From the NCBI RefSeq assembly GCF_009914755.1, contig NC_060944.1: a DNA stretch of 64,000 nucleotides; one strand, written 5' to 3'. This document shows positions 25,541 through 38,612 of the stretch, in pieces (within the stretch, counting starts at the first letter, position 1; every line of letters begins with the position of its first letter). The position numbers were made by a program, and so were the translations under genes. This DNA comes from the human T2T-CHM13v2.0 reference genome, Homo sapiens. A model generated the notes under the pieces. It was not told the DNA's origin and did no database searches. It saw nothing but the letters and a program-made list of their open reading frames with translations.

Positions 25541-27632
25541 CAAAAAGAGAAGGACTCTGAAGAGTTTTACTTTGTAAAATTTACTTTATAGGTGTAGTTT
25601 GTATAATTCAGTGAACTATTATTTTGCTGATCTACAGAAAGAATAGTTTAAGACATTTCAAAGGTGGCACACAAACAAGCCTCTTAGATCGCACATTACC
25701 CCAGAAATTCAAAAGCTCTAGAAATTAGTGCTTTCAAGCAACACCCTTAACAAAGCTTTACGGCAATTAGCCATAGTGTTTTACAAGGCAAATACTGAAA
25801 GAAAAACAGGAAAATTATCATTTTAGATTTTCTAGGATTCATTTTTCTAAGGAGTTCTAGAACTTAATACAAAGAAGTTCAAGTTAGTTTTATAGCAAGA
25901 ATTAGTTTCTTTTTCACACGTTAAATAGACTAAACCACAAACTAAACAATAGGCTCAATGATATATGGAATCTAAAATAAAATGAGGTTTATTCTTGAGA
26001 GTTGAACATATGACACGTAGACAAAGATCTTTCACAAGCTTTTGTTCAAAGAAATTAAAATTCATCCTGCAAAATGTTGCAATATAGTGAACAGATCACC
26101 AAACTAGTATTTTTCTCTTGCTCTGGTTAAAAGTCCAAGTGAATACTATACACTGAGTGTGAAAAGATCACTAAGATGATAATTGTGAATCTGTAGCTTA
26201 TCAAAAGATTCTGGTTATGAGAAAGTAACTGGTGAGAACATCTGTCTCTTATCACTGATCTTGCAAAAAATCAGGTAATTCAAATAGAGGCGTGTTGTTT
26301 CCTCTCCTCCAAAGCACAGTTCTATAAACACAAACCATATTCAGCCTGGTAAATGAATCGCTTTAATTGAATGCTATGTACACAGTAACTGGAAAAACCA
26401 TAAGTGATAAGAAAAACATATGGTGATGGCAACAGAAATTGGTTTATTCATTTTGCATAGTGTTGTTTCTTTCGTTCCCTTATAATTGACCTTTAGAGCG
26501 ATAAATGTGTAAAATAATTTTGTTTATTATGGCTCCAAACCTTCCAACAATTACACAAAATGAAAATTTAAAAGGAAGGATTCGTTCTGGAAGCATTTCC
26601 ATTGTTTACATAATTGCACAGCTATAATTTAGTGCTCATGTTGTTATGGAAAATAAAAAAGGGCGATTACAGGCCATTTCAATTCAAAATATTGCACAGT
26701 GGTGTCAAAATGGGGGAAAATGTTCACTTTAAAGCAGTTTAAAATGGTTTAACCCTAAAAACAAAAACATTTCAACATAGCATTCTATAAAACACAAATG
26801 TTCAAGAAGTAGCCATCCTCCAAACCATATTAGAAATGTTGCAACTGTACTTTCACACCAATTACATATATATTATTCACTTAATATTTGCTCAGGGCCC
26901 AGCAGATGATGGTTGTAACACAATAGCCAGCCATCTGTCTCCCTGCCTTTCCTTCGTGGACTTGCGCCTGCTTCTCAAGAGCAAACAGATCCAGTTATTC
27001 CACCTAAAGTCACTCCGTCCCTCCACGAGGCCAGACACAATCATCAAGAAATAAAATCTGCATATGAAAAATCACTCAATTCCTCATTTAACTTTTTACT
27101 TAAAGAAAACTAAACACTACACAGTTAGATGAATTCATCACTGTTTTTTAGAGAAGATGCCTGTCTTTTACCTAGGAAATTCTATAGGAAGCTCTTTTAT
27201 TTGGTAAAGAGGGGAAGGTTGGGATCTGTTTATCCCAGTAATCTGGCTAACAAAAAGATATGATTCATTCTATACTTGGATAATTAATTATAAAAAATGT
27301 GAATGCAGAGGAATACATTCATACTATATATGAATATAATTTAAACTTTAACAATGGAGAAGACAGCCACGATCCTGCAGTACTTGTGGACATATTTTTA
27401 AGTATTAGTTATTGCCCACCTGCTGAAGTTCAGAAATGCTGAGTGACGAGAAATTTTTAGTTACCAGAAGACCAGATTTGAAGAGACCTCAAAGCTCCAA
27501 GGCCTGATTCTCTCATTTCTGCTAGTGGGTCTCTGCTCCTTCAGCTTAGGGCACAAGGACATACTTTACATACTACAAGCTGCTACCTGGCTTCTGATGA
27601 TTAAAAAATAAATCAAATCAACACGGCCCTTT

Positions 27633-27670
27633 AAAAACAAAACAAAACAAAACAAAACAAAACAAAAAAC
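27633..27670 (+). repeat. (AAAAC)n simple repeat
   Basis: Read directly. Confidence 0.9.
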
Positions 27671-27959
27671 ACAGCAGAGCACGGCGCCAATACTTCATTT
27701 CCAGAAAAGTCACTGAGAATAAGACAGCAGGACAAAGCTGAAAATTACTTTCATGACTGGGGCCAAATATGTGGTATGTGCTTTACATTATGTGTTAAAA
27801 TGGTTAACTTGGTACATCTGTCTGGGAAAAAAGCAGAGATTTTAACAAGTGTTGTACACAATGTGACTTCTTAGAGTACAACTATGTTATGAAAGCCAGG
27901 AGAAATATTACAGGACAGAGTAATTGGGTTCTGCACCTGGAGAATCAAAATTGCCTAGT

Positions 27960-28266
<307 letters not shown>

Positions 28267-28669
28267 ACAATACCTAGAACTTCTCACCAGCAGAACTGCC
28301 ATGAAGAAGACACTGAATGTCCTTGACAGCAGCATGCTTTAGGGAATGGGAAACATGCAACAAACTCCTGAGGCCACAGGAGCTGTTCTGAGCATTTGCA
28401 CAGCATCAAGATTTCAGGAGTGACAGAACAAGTGGACAGATGGCAGAAAAAGGCACTGTGATGCTCAAGCCCAAAAGGAGAACCTTGAATATTTTTTATA
28501 ACTGCTTATCTACAAAGAAAAACTTGGCTGGCCTTTAAACAGATGAAGATGGACTGTTCTGCTTCAGAAAATGTGGTATATAGATTTACTTATTTAAGGA
28601 ACAATGTACATGAATTTTATTTTATAATGAAGTTGATAACTCACTAATCTGTCTAAACTGCCTCCTTCT

Positions 28670-30690
28670 CTTGGTAACAGCTTCAAGATATATATTCATA
28701 TATAATGAAATTCACCCTATAAAGTGTACAATTCAGTAGTTTTTAGTGTATTCACAGAATTGTGCAACCGTAGCCACTATTTAATTTGGGAGCATTTTCA
28801 TTACCTCAAAATGAAGCCTATACCAAAATGAAGCAACTATTTCCCATTTCTCATATACCCAGTAACTGGCAACTACTAGTCTACTTTCTGTCTCCATGAA
28901 TCTGCCTACCCTGGATATTTCAGCATATGGAATCTTACTATATATATGGCATTTTGTGTATGGTTTCTTTTACTTAACATGTTTTCAAGGTTCATCCACG
29001 TTGTGGCACATAATACTTTATTCCTTCTTAGTTAATAATACTTAATTCCTTCAAATTAATATTCCATTGTATTGATACATGATGTTTTGTTCGTCTTTTC
29101 ATCAGTTGATGGACATTTAAGCTGTTTCTACCTTTTGGTGACTGGTTTTGATATGAATTTCTCTGGTGAATAATGATGCTGAGTATCTTTTCATGTTCTT
29201 CTTGGCCATTTTTATATCTTCTCTGGAGAAGTTTAAGTCTATGTCTTTCACCCATTTTTTATTTGGGCTGTCTTTTTGTTGCTAAGTTATAAGACTTCTT
29301 TAATTTTTTAAATTTTCATTTCTTTGTTTATTTTTGAGACTAGGTTATAAGGCTGGCTAATTTTCATATTTTTGGTAGAGGTGGGGTTTCACCATGTTGT
29401 CCAGGCAGGTCTCAAATCCCTGGCCTCAAGCAATCCACCTGTATCAGCCTCCAAACGTGTTGGGATAACAGGCATGAGCCACCGTGCCTGGCTGTGTAAG
29501 ACTTCTTTATATATTCTAGATACTAGGCCCTAATCAGATATATAATTTCAAATATTTTGTGAGTTGTATTTTCACTTGCTTGATAGCATCTTTTGAAGCA
29601 CAAAAGATTTTAATTTTGATGAATGATAATTTATCCATTTTTCTTCTGTTGCTTGCATATTTGGTTTCATATCTAAAAGTTTATTGGCAAATTCAAGGTC
29701 ATGGAGACTTAGTCCTTTCCTTTCTAAGAGTTTTACCATTTTAGCTCTCATATTTAGGACACAGAACCATTTTGAGTTAATTTGTGTATATGGTGTGAGG
29801 TAGGGGTCCAACTTCATCCATTTGCATGAGAGTATCCAGTTGTCCCAGCATCACCTGTTGAATTGACTATTCTTTTCCAACTGAATTGTCTTTGCACCCT
29901 TGTCAAAACATCAGCTGACTATGGGCTTACGAGTTTACTTCTAGACTCTTAATTCTATTCCATTGATCTATATGTTTAACCTTTCACCAGGACCACACTG
30001 TTTGGATTACTCTAGCTTTTTAGGAACTTTTGAAATAGGAAACTAGTAATTCTCTAATTTTGTTCCTTTTCTAGATGGCTTTGGTTATTCAAGATTCCCT
30101 CCAATTCCATGTGAAATTTAGGATCAGCTTTTCCATTTCTGCAAAAACCACCATTGAAATTTTGATAGGGATTGTATGGAATCTACATGTCAGTTTGGGG
30201 AGTACTGCTATCTTAATAATATTAAGTCTTCTGATCCACGGATATTTTTCCATTTATTTAGGTAGTTTTTAAAGTCCTACAGCAAGGTTTGCAGTTTTCA
30301 GTGCAAGTCTTGGGTTAAATTTATTCCTAAGTATTTGATTCTTTTTGATGCTATTGTAAATAGAATTGCTTTCTTAATTTCATTTTAAATTGTCCATTTC
30401 TGTTGTATAAAAATACAGTTGATTTTTACATATTGATCTTGTATCCTGCAATCTTACATAATTTATTAGTTCTAGTAGGTTTCTTTTTTAAGTGTGTGTG
30501 TATTTCTTGAGGTTTTCCAAATACAAGATCATATATTTGTCAATATACATATCTTTCATTTTTCTTTCCAGTCTGAATGGCTTTTATTTCATTTTCTTAC
30601 CTAAGTTCACTGTCTAGAATCTCTGGTACACTGTTGAAAAGTGGTGAGAAAAGACATCCTTGTCTTGTCCCTGATCTTAGGGAGAACATC
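28670..30690 (-). mobile_element. Old L1M (3' UTR and ORF2 fragments)
   Basis: Reverse L1. ORF 29572..29817 MKLDPYLTPYTQINSKW is L1 ORF2-derived. Confidence 0.85.
29303..29493 (-). mobile_element. Short AluJ-type element lacking most of the right arm
   Basis: T-tail + gagactaggttataag + left arm. TSD taagacttcttta. Confidence 0.8.
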
Positions 30691-31717
30691 AGAGTTTAAA
30701 ATGGAAATGCCTGTTATTTCTTTGGTGGGAAGAAAGCCAGAGCCAGAACTTGTTTGGTGGCAAACAAGCCCTGGGCAACCTTTTTGCAATATATTTTTGC
30801 AGCAGCAAATGAGTGCTTTCTGCAAGGATGCTCAGGGTGCTGTGAGATCAGGGCCTCTAAGAAAGAAATGATTCTCCATCAGATGAATCAGCTCGCTCCC
30901 TCAGCCCCAAGTCCTTTGCTATGTGAACAAAACATAAAGCCCCTTTTCTCTGACCAACACAACACCCTGCCTGAAGCCCACAGATCAAGAGGGGCTGCTG
31001 TCTTTCACGTGTGCTTCCTATAATGGGCACTTCACAGCTCACTGAGGAGACTGACAGGGAGATGGCAAACCTATTAGGAAATTCTGGCACATTTATAATT
31101 CCATAAGATGAGGAAAACTATTTGTAGGGTCATGGAGAGAAGTGACTTACCAGCTGCACCAATAGTGCCTTGAAGATGCCGTGGCCTGACTACGTAATGA
31201 CTGTCTTAGTCATGACACCGATAAGCTTCAAATCTACACCATTACAGTTTGTACAACAGGTTGGCTTAATGAGGTTGATGCAGATGCTCAAGAGCAGTTA
31301 TTAAATCCTCACAATGAGACTTTAGCAAATGAGGGCTTCAACAAGTTGTTGCCAGTAAGTGATAACAGTGGAAGCCACTCAGTTGCATCAGACACATGTG
31401 TAAGGTGCTCTGAGTGCTAGACGCTGGTACAGAACTCCAAAAGAAAATCAGGCCTCATTGCCAAAGCTCAGGGATAAGTCTAAACAGAAAGGCATTTATA
31501 CAGCAACAAGAAAGTTACTGGGGGCTGGGGATGAGGGAGGGCTGGGGTAGGAGGATACTAAAATATTTTTCTGAGGTGCCCAACTGCTTGTCTTAGAAGA
31601 GGCTAAACTGAGCCAAGTGTCTCTGTTTGTCTCCTCCACCCCCTCCTCTACAGCTTTACAATGTTCTCTAGCAGAAGCAAAAACAGGGTCACTGCCATCA
31701 TAGATAAAAGGATGGGC

Positions 31718-32008
31718 GGCCGAGCGTGATGGCTTATGCCTGTAATCCCAGCACTTTGGGAGGCCGAGGTGGGTGGATCACCTGAGGTCAGGAGTTCAAG
31801 ACCAGCCTGGCCAAGATGGTGAAACCCCATCTCTACTAAAAATACAAAAATTAGCCGGGCGTGGTGGTGGGCACCTGTAATCCCAGCTACTCAGTAGGCT
31901 GAGGCAGGGAATTGCTTGAACCCAGGAGGCGGAGGTTGCAGTGAGCCAAGATCGTGCCACTGCACTCCAGCCTGGGCGACAGAGTGATACTCCGTCTTAA
32001 AAAAAAAA
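31718..32008 (+). mobile_element. AluSx-like, full length
   Basis: Dimeric Alu with cacctgaggtcaggagttcaagacc and an A tail. Confidence 0.93.
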
Positions 32009-32673
32009 GGGGTAAGTAAAATGCACGTACTGTGTGTAATCATGTAAGTAAATATTAAGGTAAGAATTGCCAAAATGAGTCAAATGTGCACACACAAACA
32101 TAGGTACTGCAGAGTCAGAAAACTATACTTTTCCCAGGTTTATTATTCACACTGTCTCAAGAATGCATCTACTAGAAATATATTCTTCTTAGAATATTAA
32201 AAAGAAACACTTGAGTGAAACCACAGACTTAACACAGTCAGGTGTTGCTTAAGGTCATGGCTGCAAGGGCATAGTAAAGATTTAATCGACACTGCCAATG
32301 ATGCCAAGTAAAATAATATTCTCATTCTAATGTTGGAATCTAGGTTAGGCCCCACCTGCACCCTATGTTACCCCAGAATGAAGTAGAAAAAATAAGTACG
32401 GAAAACACAACACTACTGAATTTGGGTAACAAAGGTATTTAACTTACTCCTTTGGAACCATAAAAACTTAGAAAAGAGATCCGAGAGATCATCATTCAAT
32501 CTTTTAATTTAACAGACACGGAGAACGGCATCAATCAAGGCCAGAACTGCAGTTACCAGCAAGGTTTAAAAACAAACCCAAGCATCGTCCTGTTCCTTAC
32601 AGGAAGGGAAAATGTTAATTCAGGGTCAATGAAGCACCATTTAATATTCGTGAATAATGGGCCTCATATATAG

Positions 32674-32995
<322 letters not shown>

Positions 32996-35900
32996 TGCAC
33001 AGCACTATTTTGAGGACTTACTTAGTTTTGAAACATGAATTTTTCTTTCATCTCACTCACTTTACCTAATAATCATTTAAAAATGCAAATAACACCTTTT
33101 AAAACTATACTTTCAAGTGAAGTCAACAGATGATTGCTTCAGCTTAAAAATATGCTTCCAAAGATAAACACGTTAACTCCTACTCTCATAGAAGTATTAT
33201 CAGATGAAGGAACTGGCTCATAAATGCTATCTTCAAAATAAAGACAGGTCTTCCACCAAAGCCATCTTCTTCGGAAATTACTGGGCATGGGGTGTAAGGG
33301 AGTGTGGAATTGTGTGAGGAGGCTGGGGGCGGTGAGGGGAAATGCATTAGAAAGATCTTAAGGGGGAAAAAAAAGAAATTTACCAGGATTCCAGCAACAA
33401 ATTAAGATTCCTATTCTTCCCTGAGAATGAACACTAGAGAACATATACCAGCTCTTCGTGGCTTCTGTGCTCATTTATCTGTGATCTCAACTCTGCTAAA
33501 AAAAAAAAAAAAAAAAGCTCAGGGCTTCTAATGCCATCACAGACTAGCGTGCCCCATGCATTTAAACATGCTTCCTTCTCATATGGTGAAATCGGGAAGC
33601 CTGGCTCTCAGGTTTGGGTGAAAATGAGTCTGCTTCATGGTACTGACTTTTGCCAGGATGTTTCCCAGCCTATGCCCAAGAACAGATTAACAACAAAAAA
33701 TGATTTCTGTTCGTTACTTCCCACAACTTCTGGTTTGTTCCCTTATCAGTAAAGAGATTAATTTTAGAATATGATTATTATCCATTCTTTTCATTCTAAG
33801 AAAACACAAAATGCATGCTCTCTTAGTTTATTTTCTTACAAGTAAAATTACTCCACCTGCACAAAGCAGCAAAACTGAAGCTCTCAACATTTTTGTGTTC
33901 TGCAAAAAAACAGAGGGCAACCCTGTGGTCATTCAATTTTGGGACTCTACCGACCAACCCTCTAATGTGGGTGGAGGCCTGGATGAATTAGAATGACAAT
34001 CTCCCACCCCTCCCATTTAGACAATTCGTGTTTAGACAAAGAGCTCTCAAGAATGGCTGAAATTTGAGAGAACAATCCCAACGGAAGCCAGCTCTATCAA
34101 CCTGCTTATGGAGAAACCTCAGGCCAGATCCACTAGCAAAGCAGCAATACCAACAAACCCGACACTACACCTGTCCTGCCCATCGTATGATGAAAAGCCC
34201 ACCACATACAAATCTCACCATGGCAGAAAGCAAAGAGGTCAATCGACCTCTAAATGGTGGACAAATAGCTTGCTGCTTCAAATTCTAGGAATACTTATTT
34301 TACATTTTGATTTTTAATGTACATATAACAAAACTCATTTTAGGGGCCTAAAAACAACTTTTTTTTTAATGAGATGCTTTAAGTGTAGATTTTTGAGCTA
34401 ATGAGGAAATAGGAGGAGGAGGGCTTTAAAGATAAAATTCCAGTAAAAGATACAACTAATTTGATAGCTGAACTTGGGCAGATACTTTACCTTTCGAACA
34501 ACAATTTCGTCATCTGTAAAATGGGAATGAAAATGCATCATGCCCTGTTGTACTCTTCAAAAGGGCAAAGGAGATTGTAACTGAAAGCATTTTGTAAATT
34601 CCAAAGTTCATAATTATTATTTTTATTAAATAACAGCAACAGTTATTCATGATCTTATTAAAATATTAATTTTCCAGGATCATTTGAAATTCTCAAGTGC
34701 TAACTGGGTTGAAGGTACCATGTTAGTTGCTGTGAGGTTCTAAGGCAGCCCCTGCCTTCCAGCAATGACCTGTTAGGGGAAGGGAAAGCTACTCATAGCT
34801 AAGAGTGAGGCCACCAAGAGCACAGGGCTCTTGCATGATGGGGACAGCAGGCATGCCATGGGAACCAAGGAAGGGAAGCAAATAGGTGGCACAAGGCACT
34901 GGGTCTTGATGAAGGGACCATGCTGCACGTGTTCAACTAGACTCCAGCACACAGGAAAATGGTAGGTATTTTGTTTTAATGTCTTATTATTAAAAGCTTC
35001 TCTTTTGCTAACATTTCTTTAGCCCACAATTACCTACCAAAGGATATTTTTTCCATGGGAGAACAAAAGAAAAACTGTTGTTTATTGCTTCTTCAGAAAA
35101 CAATGTTCTCTCTAAAATGTGTTTCAGTAAATAGCATTAATAGCTGAACAATCTGCAATTACCACAATACCACTTATTGTTATGTATTAAAAAGAAATCA
35201 ACAGACAAAAAGAGATTATTCCCCACAAGGAGAGCACTTTTCTCACGGAAACAAAAATTGCAATTTAAAATGCTTTTCTTGACATTATATCCTTCTATCC
35301 AAGTCTACTCTTTATGAATTATAAACCACAGTCATGATTTAAATCTCTTATATTCAAAAATCATTCCTCTCCAAATGGGAGTTAATGTATCCTCCTTCCC
35401 CAAGTATAACTTTAGTACCTGAAATGTCTCTAGAAGCTATTCCTGTGTCTCTCAGTGCCTCTGTGCCTGGAGAAAAATGTAACATTTCTTAAAGTCTTCA
35501 TAGAACTCTAAATGAGAAAAGATGGTCTTACAGGTCAATAGCTATATTCCAAAGAGCAGGAAAATCCCTTCTGCAATGAAATGTACCATTGCCTACTGAA
35601 GGCCTAACTATCTTTCCCTTCCCAAAGTCCCAGAGTCATCAGAAACCCGTTTCATGGAATAAGCAGCACAAGCCAAACAGGCTATGTATCTGTTCACCAA
35701 TTCATGGATGCAGTGACTTGAGTGCAAGGCTAGGTAGGGCTCAAGCTCTAAAGTGAATGTTCCCTTTTTCTGAGGCTGTCCTAGAGCGTCAGACAGCCTT
35801 GGACTGAATACTTTAGAGCTTGAAAGGCTTACAAACACAGAACCTATCACCTGCCATATTTGAACAGAAAACTGGATTTAGTGTCTCCTGATGATGAGCT

Positions 35901-36499
35901 AGAATCTACCTATTAGTCCTGGCTCTGGGTAAAACAGTCTCTCTCACACAGCACTGCTTCAGACATTTGAAAAAGGCAATTATCTGTCTCCATGCACCAG
36001 CCCTTTTCCATGCAAGCTGTTCTCTCAGCCATCCTGCTTCCTCTTAGCTACTCAGGCAGTGCTCATGCAAGAAGTGGAACCTGAGCCCCCTTCCTGCCTC
36101 CTTTCATACATACAGTGCCTTGGGCTTTGCAGATGCAGGCCACACAACTTTCTACTTTGGGCTTCCAGACAAAATTCATCTCAGATAATTTTCATGTTAA
36201 CTTCAGAATTAATCAGAACGTTCCATGTTTTATTTCTTAAACTGATTTTTTTAGACAGAGAATTTAGTAAGCTGAACCATTATGAAATTGTACCCCCTTT
36301 TTGAAAACTCATTTAACTCAACCTGAAACATTGACTCTCTTAATCTCCCTGGTTAAATTTTTGTATGCATTTATTCCCTTGGTTAAGCTAACAGAGTGAG
36401 ACTTTCATACTGTCTTTGATTACTGAGTTGTGTCATTTAATTTATATTACCTAGCTCTTTTCTTAGGACAATGTCATCTGCAGAAGTACTCCTTTAGGG

Positions 36500-36701
36500 C
36501 AAGGTTTCTCAACCTCAGCAGTACTGACATTTTTGGTCATAAATTCTTTGTTGTGTTTCTGTGCACTACAGGATATTTAACAACATCCCTGGCTTTCACC
36601 CACCAAATGACAGTGCACTTTATGACAACCAAAAGTGTGTCCAGACATTGCCAAATGTTCCCTGGAGGGGGCAAAATTCCCCTGCCCCTCAAGAATCACT
36701 G
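36500..36701. mobile_element. MER20 (hAT-Charlie) DNA transposon
   Basis: tttctcaacctcagcagtactgacatttt..ccagacattgccaaatg..aagaatcactg. 8-bp TSD-like flanks ctttaggg / ttctaggg. Confidence 0.88.
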
Positions 36702-38504
36702 TTCTAGGGTAATGAAAGTTGACTAGCTCACCACAGTAGAAAGTTAATGCCTGCCTTGAAACTGATAGTTGGAGCCAAAATTGCAACCAAAGTGGCTCAG
36801 CTCAGCTGCTTTGGTTACCCATTCTTCCCCATGATGCTGTGTAGATTTGGAATAGCCAGTCTCAGAAGAAGGTCTTTTTTTTTTTCTTCCATTTTCTATC
36901 AATCAATATATCTACTGAGCATCTACCCTCTCTGGGAAAAGACAGAATGCACTCCAGTGACTCTATTAAAAAAGATTCCGGTGATCTGGGCTCTGTGACA
37001 GGCCACAGTAGAGTCTCCTTCCAGAGAGAAACCTCAGAGCAAAAGAACATGTTCTCAACTGAAAAATGTATGCCAACTGATACACGATATCACACGGTAA
37101 CAGTTTACTAAGAACAAAATCTTTCCTTTTCCCACATATACTGAGAGTTGCTATACTATTTTTATGCTTTATTTCACGTAGCATGTCTTATTAGATACCG
37201 GAAGATTTTGGGCTAAATATACATAATTCATATTCATGTCTGATAACATTTACTTGAAAGAAAGTCTTTACACCTTTAAATCCAACAAAGGAAACCAAAC
37301 AAAACTGTAGTTTCTGGCCTGTCAGGTAGATTTTCTTCTCTCTGGATCAGCCTCCATGCTATCATCTTACACTTTTTAAAGCTGTGAAACAAGTTCACTG
37401 CACATGTGTTAAACCTCATAACCGAAACCTCTGCCATCTGTTACCTCCTACATATTTTTACTTTCCTCATTGAGGTACAAGTGGGCTCTGTCTACAGATT
37501 AATGAAAATAATTATTGATTCTACAGCTATAAAAAAAAGAAAAAATATCTCGCATTTATTTTTGGTGCAGTCATCTATCTGAAGTCTTTATGGCGATTGA
37601 TAGCTGAATAAAGTTATAATAAAACTTTCATTGATAAATTTTGATGAATCTGTGGCTTGTCCATTCCCACAAAACCTTGTGGAAAACACTCGGAAGGCAG
37701 TGGATGCTACCTGATGGTGTAACGTTAATTATATGACAGCTTCTGTATTTTATCACTCTGAATTTGTACAATAAGCACAAACAGGAATTATGATTAACTT
37801 AACAATACATGTCAGGAGAGGACTGTCATCTCTCACCTGTCCTTATAAATATTATCCTTCAATCAAACCTAAGTCAAACTTGGAAGTTTTGTTTATTGCT
37901 ACAGTAAACTCCCCTTATATTCAATAATATTTCATTAACTTGAGTAAAGTAAATTCAGGTCAGAAGTTGTATTTTTAGAAAAATAAAAGGACTTGTTTTT
38001 AAGTGCTACATTACTTTCAGAAATAATTAGTAACAAATATATGTCTTGGCTAACAAAAACATCAATTACAGAGCCCTTTAGATGTCCCATTTTAATAATT
38101 ATAAATACATTTACAATTTGCATACCAACTGCTTGAATTCCAACAGAATTAGAAAATATGTTCTCTTAAGTACAGAGAAAATGTCCCTGGAAATCTTTCC
38201 TGCACATTTCTAATTCCTAACAGGCAAGAATTCTTTGGGGACACCCCTTGGTGTATCCTCGGATGCACCCATTTGGCCTGTCCTATGCTATAATGTCCAA
38301 GGTGAGGAAGGGTCATCAAGACATGAGTCGAAACTTACAGTCCCTTTATCCTATCATGCCCACATGTCTTCCTTTTCTCAATTCATCTTCTTGCCTTTCT
38401 GAACCAACATTTGCCTTGACAGATAATGGGAATCGTGCCAGGACACTACTTTCTCAGGATGCTTACCAATCAGTACTACATCCTACCTCTCCAACATATT
38501 TCTC

Positions 38505-38612
38505 ACACACAGACAAACACACACACACACACATGCACAAAACACATATGTGCATATATATACAAAATATATACACATATAATGAATTATACACATAGAC
38601 ACACACACACAC
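38505..38612 (+). repeat. (CA)/(TA)-rich low-complexity tract
   Basis: Interrupted CA and TA runs read directly. Confidence 0.85.

Noticed and set aside
34234-34251. Inverted repeat agaggtc-aatc-gacctct resembling an estrogen response element
   Set aside because: Spacing is one base short and the second half-site is mismatched. A 7-bp-arm inverted repeat is expected by chance.
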